Part shown: in pieces, positions 44,230 to 56,285 of the stretch
Position numbering within the stretch: position 1 is the stretch's first letter
Layout of the letters: each line of letters begins with the position of its first letter
NCBI GenBank assembly: GCA_963833985.1
Contig: CAWIAD010000002.1
Coordinates: 6,432,001-6,496,000 of the forward strand
From: an uncultured Planctomycetaceae bacterium
GTDB taxonomy: Bacteria; Planctomycetota; Planctomycetia; Isosphaerales; Isosphaeraceae
DNA length: 64,000 bases
Direction of reading: 5' to 3'
Position numbers and translations under genes: made by a program
The notes under the pieces: model-generated
Seen by the model: the letters and a program-made list of their open reading frames with translations, nothing else
What the model was told of the DNA's origin: nothing
Database searches by the model: none

Positions 44230-45027
44230 ATGAAGAGCCCGTTTCCTGGAATGGATCCCTACCTGGAAGCGCAGGGCCGCTGGCGCGATTTTCACTCCGG
44301 CGCGATCACGTATTGCCGCGATGCTCTGAGCGACTGTCTCCCCGAGGATTACGTCGCCCAGATGGATGAGGAAGTGAGGGTTGTGTCCTGGCAAGAGGGC
44401 CATGACCGTCCCATGAGGCCCGACGTGGCCGTCCTGCGTCACGGCCAGTCCGTGGGGGAGGAACCGGCAGGTGGCGTTAGTGTGGCCACCGTGTCGCTGC
44501 TGGAGCCGGTGGCCATTCCCTTCGCGGCTGTCAGTGACGAGGTGCGCGACACCTGGATCGAGATCCGCAAGCTGCCGGATGAGCGGCTGGTCACGGCCAT
44601 CGAGATCCTCTCGCCCACGAACAAGGATTCGAGCGGGCGGGGCGAGTACCTCCAGAAACGCCACCGGCTCCGCAGGGAGGGCGTGAACCTGGTCGAGATC
44701 GATCTGCTGATCGCGGGTCAGCGGCCGGCGATGGCCAGGCCGCTGCCGCCGGGCCACTACTTCACCATCATCGGCCGCGCCACCATGGGCGAAACCGCTG
44801 AGGTTTACGCGTGGTCACTTCAGCAAGCCTTGCCGAGAATCCCGATCCCGCTGGAGGATCCAGATCCGGACGTATTTCTTGACCTGGCCGGGATCTTTGC
44901 CCTGGCCTACGAGCGCGGCCGGTACGGGCGGCTGATCGACTACAGCCGGCCGCTCGATCTGCCGCTCCATCCTCAGGACCGCGCATGGGCTGAATCAGTC
45001 GCACGCGGTATGGCCGCGAAATCTTAG
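44230..45027 (+). CDS. DUF4058-family protein, copy 1
   Basis: MKSPFPGMDPYLE, PDVAV, AIEILSPTNK, VEIDLL and LPRIPIPL. Confidence 0.9.
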   Translation: MKSPFPGMDPYLEAQGRWRDFHSGAITYCRDALSDCLPEDYVAQMDEEVRVVSWQEGHDRPMRPDVAVLRHGQSVGEEPAGGVSVATVSLLEPVAIPFAAVSDEVRDTWIEIRKLPDERLVTAIEILSPTNKDSSGRGEYLQKRHRLRREGVNLVEIDLLIAGQRPAMARPLPPGHYFTIIGRATMGETAEVYAWSLQQALPRIPIPLEDPDPDVFLDLAGIFALAYERGRYGRLIDYSRPLDLPLHPQDRAWAESVARGMAAKS

Positions 45028-45240
45028 AGCATATGGCCGACGTCGACGATTCATTCATGAGCAACGCTTTGCATTTGTATGAAATATTCTTCCGGCTTGC
45101 GGTCCAGGATCGTCCGGCCACCCGTACCCACCGGCCCCAATGGATCGCCGGCCAGTTCCGCATGCAAGCTGCGGCAGGCTTGACTCTGTCATGGTAAAAT
45201 GGAGGTTCAGGACAGAGCACCTGCGATTGGGGGAGTTTTC

Positions 45241-45777
45241 ATGTCGAATGAAGATATGACTTCATCGCATCTGGCTTCGGAAGCGGAAGGACACCAGGCA
45301 CTGCCTACTTTTCGTGAGTTTCTGAAGGCCAAAGCGGAAGAGACCGGCGTGCGAGATCGGCATCGTCGACGAGGCGAGTGGCTAGCGGCCATTCAGCACC
45401 TTCTCGACCAAATTCGAGACTGGCTTCGCGAGTCTGACCCTGAAGGAGTGCTCGATATTGAGCCGTACGAGGTCGCACGGACGGAGCACGACCTGGGGAC
45501 TTACGATGCCCCCGGACTGAAGATCCGGCTTGGCGCGGGAGAGGTGAACGTTTTGCCGATGGGACGAGAGGTACCGTTCATGGCGATTCGCGGTGCCGCA
45601 GGTGTGGCTGCGCAGTTCGCAGGCAGAGTCGACGTCACGGATGGATTTCGCAAGTATAATTTGTACCGGGAGATCCATGACGGAAAGGACTTGTGGCAAA
45701 TCAGGGACGAACGAAATAGGTTCACGTATTTAGATGCCGAATCACTCGGCCGAATTCTTCAGGATCTCCTCTCGTGA
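45241..45777 (+). CDS. Hypothetical protein coupled to the HEPN-like gene
   Basis: GGGAG Shine-Dalgarno, 178 aa, TGATG overlap with the next gene. Confidence 0.75.
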   Translation: MSNEDMTSSHLASEAEGHQALPTFREFLKAKAEETGVRDRHRRRGEWLAAIQHLLDQIRDWLRESDPEGVLDIEPYEVARTEHDLGTYDAPGLKIRLGAGEVNVLPMGREVPFMAIRGAAGVAAQFAGRVDVTDGFRKYNLYREIHDGKDLWQIRDERNRFTYLDAESLGRILQDLLS

Positions 45778-46400
45778 TGCGATCGATCGATGACGCCTGG
45801 CGATGGTATGAGGCGGTGAAGAAGCTGGTTGGATGGATTGACCGGATGGCAAAACGGTACTGGAGTGAAGATGTCGAAGGACTGACTTTGAGAGATACGC
45901 TACACAACGTCAATGTATTTAGGCACGTCGATTCTGTAGCGATCCAGGATCTCGCAAGACGAGTTTCCGAGGATCTCGACGACCTGGCGGTTCTCCTTTT
46001 ATTCTCTGTCTTCGAAGCCACGGTCCGGGAACGCACACTGGAGGAGATGGAACGAGAACTCGAAACGCCGCTCCGCCATCTAGTGCTTAAAAAAGCAATT
46101 GCTGATGCAAGGGACACTATTGAACACGGGAGTTTTGGTCGCATCACGGATTCTTACAAAGAGCTCGATTCGAACGCCAGGACATTGGTTGACCAGGTCA
46201 GGCACTACCGGAACTGGGTTGCCCACGGTCGTCGTAACGTGGTCAAGAATCACGTCGATCCAGAAACGGCTCTCTTTCGACTCGAGCGTTTTCTCGAATT
46301 GCTTGATGCAGAAGCGACCGCGGCTGCGACAGGTTCACTGGCCGACCCCGCAATTCGAGCATCAGGCGGCTCGCCATCCGCGCCGCTGCAAGACGCTTGA
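45777..46400 (+). CDS. Helical protein with HEPN-like RxxxxH motif
   Basis: LLLFSVFEA helix and YRNWVAHG. Confidence 0.7.
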   Translation: MRSIDDAWRWYEAVKKLVGWIDRMAKRYWSEDVEGLTLRDTLHNVNVFRHVDSVAIQDLARRVSEDLDDLAVLLLFSVFEATVRERTLEEMERELETPLRHLVLKKAIADARDTIEHGSFGRITDSYKELDSNARTLVDQVRHYRNWVAHGRRNVVKNHVDPETALFRLERFLELLDAEATAAATGSLADPAIRASGGSPSAPLQDA

Positions 46401-46459
46401 TGGGATCGTCACGACACGTTTTCGAAGACCGCAGCCATGGCTCCGACGAGGTCTTGAGC

Positions 46460-47257
46460 ATGAAGAGCCCGTTTCCTGGAATGGATCCCTACCTGGAAGC
46501 GCAGGGCCGCTGGCGCGACTTTCACAGCAGGGTCGTCACCTACTCTTGCGACGTCCTCGGGCAGACGCTCCCCGAGGATTACGTCGCCCAGATGGATGAG
46601 GAAGTGAGGGTTGTGTCCTGGCAAGAGGGCCATGACCGTCCCATGAGGCCGGACGTGGCTGTGCTGCGTCACGGCCAGTCCGTGGGGGAGGAACCGGCAG
46701 GTGGTGGCAGGGTGGCCACCGTGTCGCTGCTGGAGCCGGTGGCCATTCCCTTCGCGGCTGTCAGTGACGAGGTGCGCGACACCTGGGTCGAGATCCGCAA
46801 GCTTCCGGATGAGCGGCTGGTCACGGCCATCGAGATCCTCTCGCCCACGAACAAGGATTCGAGCGGGCGGGGCGAGTACCTCCAGAAACGCCACCGGCTC
46901 CGCAGGGAGGGCGTGAACCTGGTCGAGATCGATCTGCTGATCGCGGGTCAGCGGCCGGCGATGGCCAGGCCGCTGCCGCCGGGCCACTACTTCACCATCA
47001 TCGGCCGCGCCACCCTGGGCGAAACGGCTGAGGTCTACGCGTGGTCACTTCAGCAAGCCTTGCCGAGAATCCCGATCCCGCTGGAGGATCCAGATCCGGA
47101 CGTATTTCTTGACCTGGCCCGGATCTTTGCCCTGGCCTACGAGCGCGGCCGGTACGGGCGGCTGATCGACTACAACCGGCCGCTCGATCTGCCTCTCCAT
47201 CCTCAGGACCGCGCATGGGCTGAATCGGTGGCGCGCGGTATGGCCCGGAAACCCTAG
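46460..47257 (+). CDS. DUF4058-family protein, copy 2
   Basis: Near-identical to copy 1. Confidence 0.9.
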   Translation: MKSPFPGMDPYLEAQGRWRDFHSRVVTYSCDVLGQTLPEDYVAQMDEEVRVVSWQEGHDRPMRPDVAVLRHGQSVGEEPAGGGRVATVSLLEPVAIPFAAVSDEVRDTWVEIRKLPDERLVTAIEILSPTNKDSSGRGEYLQKRHRLRREGVNLVEIDLLIAGQRPAMARPLPPGHYFTIIGRATLGETAEVYAWSLQQALPRIPIPLEDPDPDVFLDLARIFALAYERGRYGRLIDYNRPLDLPLHPQDRAWAESVARGMARKP

Positions 47258-47270
47258 GCGGCGGCCTGCT

Positions 47271-47708
47271 TCACTTGAGCGTGCTGTAATCGGTCGGGTC
47301 CATGAAGACGGACTCGACCTTGTTCACCAGCGGGCCATTCTTGTGGCTCTCGGTGAAGACCTTTTTCCACTCGGGATCCTCCCCGAATTCCTTCCATGTC
47401 TTCCTGGCCGCCTCGCGATCAGGGAATGCCAGCAGGTAGACGAGCTTCGACCCCTTGCCGTCCTTGTCGTCCTGGGGGGTCCAGAAGCCGATCAGCTCTG
47501 CGCCGTGCTTTTTCAGAAGCGCACAGGTGTGGTCGCGAAACCGCGCGTTCAAGTCGGCCAGCTTGCCGTCGTTGGTGTGGTAGGTGCGAAGCTCGAAGAC
47601 GCGGTGGCCGGCCGAAGCCGAGGCTTGGCCCTGAGCCTGGTCCTGGGCCAGCACGGTGCCGCTCAGAGCGGCCAGCGCGATCACAAGGGCGGTCCAAACG
47701 CGCATCAT
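47271..47708 (-). CDS. NIPSNAP-family protein with signal peptide
   Basis: FELRTY, RFRDHT, IGFW, WKEFGEDPEW and PTDYS. Confidence 0.9.
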   Translation of the reverse strand: MMRVWTALVIALAALSGTVLAQDQAQGQASASAGHRVFELRTYHTNDGKLADLNARFRDHTCALLKKHGAELIGFWTPQDDKDGKGSKLVYLLAFPDREAARKTWKEFGEDPEWKKVFTESHKNGPLVNKVESVFMDPTDYSTLK

Positions 47709-47940
47709 TCAGTAGCTCCCGGGTGAGAGTCCGGACGGGTAAGAAGCTCGTGCGACTGCGTCTCCATTGATAACCTCCGTTGCCTGCCGGCTCAAGTCCG
47801 TGCCGCCAGCCGCCGGCTCCCGGCCCTCGGACGATGCGCGCGACGCCAGAGCCGCTCCGCCCGGATCAGCGGAACGGCTCTGTCGCTCTGGCTCACGGGT
47901 TCCGCGTGGTCCGTCCAGGTGTCGCGGAGGGCCTCCAGGT

Positions 47941-50900
47941 TTAACGGAACTGTCCGGCCGGGGCGCCCTTGGGCTTGTCGCCCTCCGGGTTCTTGTAGCG
48001 CTCATGCAGGCGCTGGATCTGCTTCAGGTTGTTCGATGTGTTCTGCGACCTCAGGTTGGCATCGAGCGCCTGGTTGGGTTCAGACCCTCTGGTCTGCTGC
48101 GGTTGCCCGGCCTGGCCCTGATTCGCCTGGCCCGGGTTCGACATGGGGGCCTGGGGCATAGGCGGCTGACCGACGTATCCGGTTCCGCGGTAGAAGGCAT
48201 ACTGCGTGTCCTTGCGCACAACCGCCGTGACCTGTCCCTGCACGCCCTCGGCGACAAAGACGCCTCGGAGATCGGAATCACCCGAGAAGAACTCGGAGTT
48301 GTTGCTGCCGATCACCTTGACCTGGACCCTCGGCACCAGGTCCTTCGAGCGGGCGTCGCGCACGGTGATCCGGACCCGGCCGCTGGCCGGCTCTTCCAGG
48401 ACTTCCAGCTCCAGGGGAGAAACGAGCACGATCCCGGAGGCGTAGAGGTTGTCACCTCGGATCATGACCAGGTACGCTCCCTCCCGGGTGAGGGGCAGCT
48501 CGATCGTGCGCGAGCGGTCGTCGTAATCCGAGCCGTCACCCAGGCTGACGCTCTTCTCGACCAGCGGCGTGATGCCGGCGAGATCAATGCCTGCGATGCC
48601 GTTCAGGTTGCGCCTGGTGAGGTAAAGCTGCATCAGGTCCACGGGGTAGACGGTGACGTCGGCCCTGGCGATGTTGCGGTATTCCAGCTTGATCCCCGGG
48701 CTCGCTGGCGGGTCCGGTCCGCCTGCCGCCCTGGCCGCGGGCGGCTGAAGAGCGATACTGCGCAGGCCCCCCGGAGCGCCCGTGCGGGCCACGGCGGGTT
48801 TGTTCGCGGCACGGACCACCGTGACCTCGGGCATCTTCAGCTCTTTACGAGTGTAGAACTCCACGGCGCTGGCTGCATCGGTGAACCGGTCGGTGACCTG
48901 GCGATAGTATTCCAGGGCCTTTCCCGGCGCCCGCCGGGCGTCGAAGATCTGACCCAGGATGTAGACCGCCTGCCACTTGTTCGGGCTCGGCTGATCGGCC
49001 CCGCCGGCGTCCTTGTAGACCGACCGTGCGATTTTTTCGGCCAGCTCGACGGCCCGGTCATAGCGGCCGAGATGGAAGTTCCCCAGCGCCTCGCTGTACT
49101 GGAAACTGTCCAGGAGTGTGCTTCTGGGGAAGGTCCTGGCGAACCGCCCGGCGAGCTTCGCCACGGACTCGTAGTCTTCCAGGTCCAGGAACGCGGCCAC
49201 CAGTGCCAGGCTGGCCTCGTCGGCCATGGGGCTGTTGGGCGACTGGGAGAGGAAGATCTGGATCATCCGGATTGATTGCATCAGGAGCTGGGAACGGGTC
49301 ACACCGGCGGCAGCCAGCTCGCGGCGTAGCTTCGGGTCGGTATAGGCGGTGGAGGCCGCCTGAGACAGCACCTGGGAGAGCCCGAAGAAGTCGCTCTCGA
49401 TCGACGGCGTGTTGGGATAGGAGCGCCACAGATCGATGAGGAACGTCATGGCGTCCAGGGTATCACCGCGCTGGCGGAGCAGCTCGCCGATGCGGGCATC
49501 CTCCAGGTAGCTTGCCTCGACCAGTCCGCGCCAGACGATCATCGCCCGCTCGTATTCGTTGATATCGCGGTAGGCCCGGCCGATGACCTGAAGCTGGTCG
49601 AAGCTGAGCACGAGATCGGGGGCCTTCTCCTTGACCACCTCGAAGTACTGCACCACCTTGCGCGGGTGGTAGTCCTGGATGCTGATCAGCAGCAGCATCC
49701 GCGCGGCGTCTTTGAGCACGTCGTCGCGCAGCGAGTAGCCGGAGAAGAGCGGCTCGAGCGCCGCGGCCGACTCGGCGAACCGGCCGGCGTCGAAGTGGGC
49801 CTTGCCGCGGGCATAGAGCTCGTCGGGCGTGGGGCGGTACGGATCGGTCTTCGTCTCTCCGGGTGCCAGGACCTTCAGCGCTCCGGCCTGGCCAAGATGG
49901 AATCGGCCCGGCTCATAGGCGCTCCGGACGGAGGCTGGAAGCGTCCGGTACTGACCGGGCAGGTAGCCGTAGACCTCGTAACTCATCTCGCCCGGGAACT
50001 GGTCGGGGGGAAAGTAGAAGCGGAGTACGCCGTCGGCCAGGTCGTACGCGCTGGCCGAGGATTCGACCGATCCTTCGATCAGCGTTGTGCCGGCTGGGAG
50101 GTGCTCCTCGACGACCAGAGAATCCCGCTCCCATTCCGGCACCGTCGCGGCGGTTCCGCGCCACACGTTCAGGCCCACGCGAACTTTGCCGCCCAGGGCG
50201 ACCTGAGAGGCGATGTTCTCGAAGGGAGCAGGGTTCAGGACCACGCTGAAGCCGGCGGGGAGGACCTTGCCGTCGAGCTCCGGGTCGGCCGGCCTGTAGA
50301 CTCGTCTTTCCACCCAGGTCTGCCGGTTGGCGCGATCCTGGTCGGGGCCGAAATCCCGGGTGAAACCGGTGAGCGTGACAGCGTAGCTGAAGCTGCCCCG
50401 CCCCTCCATGGCCAGGCCCACGCGATTGGCATCGCCTGCCTTCAGCGCGCGGGCCGGCACCAGGATCGTCCGGCTCTCGGCCGGCCCCTGCACGGGCAGT
50501 TCCGAGACCTTGACGTCATTGACCGAGACCGTGAGCCGGTAGCGGTCCTCGGCCCCTTTGGCCCGGCCATGGTAGAGGGCCAGCGCGGCCAGTGCAGGGC
50601 CCTTGGCCTTGTGCGGGATCCAGCCATGGCCGAAGCGGTGCGCTTGCAGCCAGTCGATGGCCCGATCCAGCTCGCTGGCCTGGGGCCGCACCCGTGCGAA
50701 GGCCAGGCTGATCAGCGCGCTGGTCTCCACCGCGCCGCGTGCCGCGGCCGACTGCGTGGAGCCGTCCCAGAAAAGCCGAGCCGGCCGGCCCGGCGCCACT
50801 GCCTCGGTGCGGGCGCGGGGAATGAGGACGGTGAGGATCTCGCCGGCCATCTCGGGACGCCCCAGGTTGGCGAACGTCAAGGCCAGGTAGCCCAGCGCCG

Positions 50901-53900
50901 TGTTCGAGAGGCTCTGCCGCTCGCGGCCGAGGCTGTTGGCCATCTCGAAGGTGGCCGCGCGCCGCGTGCTCAAGGCGTGCAGCAGCGTCGCGCGGGTGTC
51001 GAGATCGCGTGCGCTGGTGCCTCCGGTCATGGACTGTGTCAGCCAGGCGACGGCCCTGTCCAGGACCTTGGGGTCGGGCAGCAGGCCAGACTGCTCGGCG
51101 CTGGCCAGCGCCCAGAGCACTGCCGCGGATGCCAGCCGATCGCTGCCTGGACGGGGCGGCGCGTTCGCGCCCGGCGAGGGCGCCGCGCCACCAGTCACCC
51201 AGGTCCAGCCCCCGTCCTCCTTCTGGGCGGCGATCAGTTCAGCGACAAGTCCCTGAACCCGCTCCACCAGCCGCTGCGCGTCCGGAGTTCCCGCCGAGCG
51301 GGTCGCACGCAGGTAACCCAGGGCCGCAGTGGCCGCCAGCAGGTCCGAGGCCCGATCCGCGGTGGTTTCCGGGCCGGGCGGAATGATCCGGCTGACCGCG
51401 CTGGACTCGAGAACATAGGAGTCCCTGCCCATGGCGAGCTCCACGATCATCCGCTCGAGGGAGGGGGAGATGACGATCATCATCTCCGGGCTCTCGTAGC
51501 GCCGGCCCTGAGGCAGGCCAACGAAGACCGTCGTGCCGTCACTGCTGGTCCCGGACGCGGTGGCATAGGCCTGCACGCCCCAGGGCCGGACGGGAACTTC
51601 GGTCGTCAGCTCATCGGCGAGCTCGCCCAGCTTGCCGGCGAGCGTCAGCCGGACGGATTCGGCGTCGGGAACCTCGAACGGCTCGAACATGACCTCGCTC
51701 ACGCCGTCACCGTTGAGTTCGAGCGTCCTGGGGTAGACCTCGTCGCGCCCTGCCGCGTAGATCGCCAGCTTCAGGCTCACCGCGCCGCGCACCCCCACAT
51801 GATGCACACGGGCAATGAACCGCGGCCTGTCGCCCTGGGTCAGCGCGCTGGGAGTCCGCAGATCGACGAAGAAGTTCTTGCGCACCTTGATCGCCGCGGT
51901 CGTCTGGCCGGCAAGCGTGTCCGCTCCCGTCACGCCGCGCGCAGGATCCGATACTCGGACAGGGCGGTGGGCGCCTTGAACGTGATCTTCGCCTTACCGT
52001 CTTTGCCGGTGACCACGCGCGGATTCCAGTACGCGGTCTCGGCGAATCGATCGCGCCGGGCCGATTCCCCTGCGCAGTCTGGACCCCAACTCCGTTCGTT
52101 CTGAGACGCCCGTTTGAAACCGGAGCCCCAGCATGTGCACATTCTCTACCGCCTCACTGCGCGTGTCGCCGGCCTCGAGATCTCCCATCCTTCCAGCCTT
52201 GGCCGGAGCCTGAGCCTTCGAGGGATCGTAGTACGTGTCGCGGTTGATCCCGCGCCGCTTGGAACCTGTCGCCTGTCCCATCCTCCCCATCCCGCCCATC
52301 ATTCCCCCCATGCCCCCGTTCCCCGGAACGGCCCTCATGGGCCTGGCCTCGGCGGGCGTTGGTGCGGCACCGGGCGGAGCGACGCCCGCGAAATCCGCCG
52401 CGCCGGCCGCGGCAGGTTGATTCGCGGGGGTCTCATAGCCAAAGGTCACCTGCTTTTGGAGCAGCTCGCGGACGTTGGGCCTGCCGGCGGAGTTCGACTC
52501 AATGGCCGCAATCCGCTCAGCCTCGTCCACAACGGCCCGGGAGACCGCGACCGTGGCCGGCGCGTAGCGGAAGGTGTTCGTGGCCTCGGTGGCGAAGGCA
52601 CCGGTTCGGGTCTGGTCGTAAAAGAAGGCGTCAATGGGCCGCAAACGGTCGCCGTAGAGCCTCAGCAGCGACCGGTCGATCATCGCGATCGACAGTTCGG
52701 CCGCAGCCGGGCGGTCGAGCTGGTCGGCGGCCGTGATTTCGAGCTCGACTTCCTCACCCGGGCCGACTTCGGGCCTCGTCGGCGTCACGCTCACCTTGAG
52801 CTCGCGCTCCACCTGGATGTCGAGCTTCGCCTCGTCGAAGTGGTTCTCCGACATCCGCGCCGCGGTGAGCGTGAAGTTGGGGAACTGCGGCCCATCCACG
52901 ACCCATGCGACGGGGTTGTCGCCGTCCTTGATCGTCACCAGCCGGTAAGTGAGAATCCGGTCAGCCTCCCAGGTCAGCAGCGCGGTGCCGGCGCGGCCGC
53001 GGCTGTGCAGGTTGACGCTGGCTTCCTCGCCCATCTTGTAGCGCTGCCGCTCGGCGAGAATTCTCAACTTCGTCTCATCGGCCTTCCCCGAGATCGTGAT
53101 GGCACGCTCGGCGAGTATTTGGTTGGCGAACCGATCCACGCCGGCGAGACGCAGCACGTAGTCGCCACCTTGCGCGTCATCGACGCGGAAGGTCACAGTG
53201 GCCTGTCCAAGCTTGGGATCGGTCTGCAACGTCTTGCGCTGCGCTTCCCGCTCGGTGACCCGGCCGGCCTGGCTGATGCGCTTGATGAGTGTTGCATTGA
53301 GGCGCCGGCCGATCGGGTTGCCCTGCGCATCTTCGGTGCCGACTTGCACCTGGAACGATTCGCCGTCGAGATAGACGTCGCGATTCGTGTGCAGCTCAAT
53401 GTCGAAGCCGCGAACGGCCAGCAGGACCGAGGCAGCCGCGGCGACATTGTCCTGCGGCAGCCGCGCCACCAGGCGCAACGCCTGCTCCTCGGCGAAGCCT
53501 TCGGTCGGGAAGCTGACGTGGAACCGTCCCATCGCATCGGTGGCCGCCGTCAGGACGCGCTGGTCGGGAAGCGTCACCTCGATGGGACGGTTGGCCACCG
53601 CAGCGCCGTACTGGTAGCGGGCGACGACGTCGGCCTCGACGGTCTCTCCCCGGTAGTAGACGGTCTGCTTGAGGTTGAAGCTCAGGTCGATGGGCTCGAG
53701 CTGGTAGGACTGCACCTCGAACGAGCCCGCGAAGTTGCTCTTCCCCGGCTGGAAGACGTGCAGCCGGTACGTTCCCACCGGCGCGCCGGCGTCGATGGGA
53801 AGCGTTTCATGGAAGGTTCCAAAGTCGGAGAGTGTGATCGAACGAGCGATGAGCTGGCGGCCCCGGCTATCGGCCACCTCGAAGCGGTAGACCGCGCCCG

Positions 53901-56285
53901 GCACATGCGTGTACTGGCCATCGTGCACTTCCCGGATCACGCCGCGAACGGCGACCTGTTGCCCGGGACGGTACGCAGGCCGGTCGGTGTAAAGGTAGGC
54001 GCGAGGCGTCAGTCCTTGTGCCAGCTTCTGCGGCACGCCCAGGCCCGAGCCGGCCACATGGCCGCCGTCGACGACCAGGTAGCTGAGCCGATGGTTCGCT
54101 TCGCGTGCGGGAGACCAGTTGTGCAGCAGCACCCCGTCGGGGCCGGTGCGCGCCTCGAGCACCACGGAGCCGGCATCGCAGATCAGCACCCGGGCCCCGG
54201 GCCGGCCCTTGCCGGTCTTCATGTCCTGCGCGAAGACAAGCATTTGATCACGCGATGTCTTGACGATCGCGTCAAGATCGCTGGCGAGCACCAGCGTCGT
54301 CGCCTGGAGGTACTTCTGGTCGGTGACCTTGATGACGTAGACACCCGGCTGCTCGAGCGTTTTCAGCTCGTAGGAGTGATCGATGGGCTTGTACTTCGCG
54401 TAACCGGGCACTTCCACGGTCCACTCGGCGTCCGGCGCGACCAGGCCGATATCGAGCGATTCCACGTTCGCGAGGCCTTGCTTCTTGCGGAAGTAGGCTT
54501 CGGCGTTGAGCTTGTAAGCGGTAAAAGTGAGCTTCTCCAGATTCCGCGTGAGGATCTTCAGGCGGGCGGTCTCGCCGGTGCGGTAGGCGCGGGGCGTGCT
54601 TACCACCAGGGCCCGGGCTTCCATCACGGCGACGCGCTCGAGGGCCTGGGTCCGCCACGGTTCGACGGCGATCTTGCGGAATTGCTCGATGGCCGTGGCA
54701 GGGTCGCCCTTCTCGTTCTCGTGCAGCGAGGCGGTGAGGAACTGAGCATGCGCGGCCGGCTCGGTGGCCGGGTACTTCATGGTGAGCGGGCCCCAGGCCG
54801 CGATGGCGTCGTCGTATTTCTTCTCGGCGAGGTAGCTCTCGCCAAGCTGGAAGAGCAGGCCCGGCACGCGCTCGTCGAGCGGGTTCTGGGAGACAAACTC
54901 TTTCCAGGCGGCCCGTGCTTCGAGGTAGCGCCCGCGGCTGTCATGGTCGGCCGCCATCAAGAGCTCCGTGTCCAGGATCGCGCGCTGCGCGTCGGCGCTC
55001 TGGGGGCCGTTGGGGAAGTTGGCCAGATAGCCTTTCCAGGCGGCGATGGCCTCGCTGTACTTCTGCTGCCCCTGGAGGATCTGGGCGTACTGGAAGGTCG
55101 CCGTCATGGCCAGCTCGGCACGGTCGCGGCGCGCCGTATCGTTGTCGAGCCTCGAGCCGTCGTCCTTGAGGAAGCGCGCAGGGCGGCCAGCGCCAGGTCG
55201 CTCTTGCCGTGCGCCAGGTAGCTGGCGCCAATGTCATACTGGGCACGCACGGCGCGCGGATGCGCCGGGTAGGCGGCGAGGAACCGTTCCAGCGCCGCCA
55301 CGCCCAGGTTCAGGCTTGTATCGTCGGGCGGGCTGGGTATGCCGTAGGTGGAAGGAATCTCGGCGAGTGCCTGCGCGCGCAGGTCGTCGGCCGTCTTGCC
55401 CTTTTCGTCGGCCTTGCGGCGCTCGATCTCGCGAACCAGGTCGCTCCAGGTGAGCCGGGCCTCGAGCGGCTGGCCGATGTCGCGCTGGGCTTCCCCCAGG
55501 TGGAATCGCGCGGCGATGCGGTCAGCGCCCGCGGGATACTCGCGGAGGTACGTTCGGAAGTTCTCGACCGCGCGTGGAAAGTTCTTTGCCTTCTGGCTGG
55601 CCTGGCCCATCGCCAGCAGCAGGCGTGCGCGGAGCACAGGGCTCCTGGCGAGGTCGCGTGCCTGCGCCAGCAGTTCCCAGGCGCCCGCCGGGTCAGGCTG
55701 GACCACCGGATCGCTCGGTTCCAGCAGCTTCCGGGCGAAGGCATGATAGACCTCAGCAAGACGGTCCTTGCGATCATCGGCGAGCAGCCGGCCGGCCTCA
55801 CCGCGCGCCAGCTCCTCGGCGGCCGCCAGGTTGCCCGAGCTCAGCTCGATCGCCGCGAGCTCGAAGCGGATCTTGGGGAGCCAGGGTGTGGCCCCCAGGC
55901 CGGCCGCCGCCCGCAGTGCCGCGCGGGCCGCATCGGCATGTCCCGCAAGCCGTTCAGTCACACCGATCAGGTAGCCCAGGTACGCCTTCGAGGGAGCTTC
56001 CGCGGTCTGTTCGCGGAGCGCGGAGAGTCGCTCCCGCGCGATCTCGTACTTTCCGTCCTGGAGTGCCGCCACCACTTCTCCAGGGATCAGCGGCGCAGCC
56101 GGATTGGTCGCGGCCTTGCCGGCGCCCGGCGGTGTCGCTGAGGCAGGCGGATCGGCCGCAGGAACCGCGCCGGGCCAGCATGCCAGCAGAAGCGCCGCAA
56201 CCGGAACCAGGAGTCGCGCGGTCGAGAACCCGGGCCGCCGGCTCGATCGTGCACTCACGCGTGAACTGGCCTGGCCATGGAGCAT
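47941..56285 (-). CDS. Giant TPR plus alpha-2-macroglobulin-like (MG2/A2M) protein, ~2780 aa, three frameshifts
   Basis: Signal peptide, TPRs, YTDRPAYRPGQ (MG2), RDRFAETAYWNP, QKEDGGWTW and C-terminal TPRs; frame changes near 55175, 52100 and 51940. Confidence 0.82.

Larger units (their letters stand above)
44196..47245 (+). repeat. Pair of ~820-bp direct repeats (44196-~45015 and 46426-~47245)
   Basis: Near-identical sequence at offset 2230, starting AGACCGCAGCCATGG and including the 5' UTR. Confidence 0.93.

Noticed and set aside
45180..45200. TTGACT...TAAAAT sigma70-like promoter
   Set aside because: The spacer is only 9 nt; an extended -10 is possible but unsupported.
52114..55221. Long antisense ORFs (e.g. 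52114-55221, 49666-52104, 10813-12342, 42418-44136, 38898-40472)
   Set aside because: Shadow frames of motif-bearing GC-rich genes on the opposite strand; no recognisable motifs.
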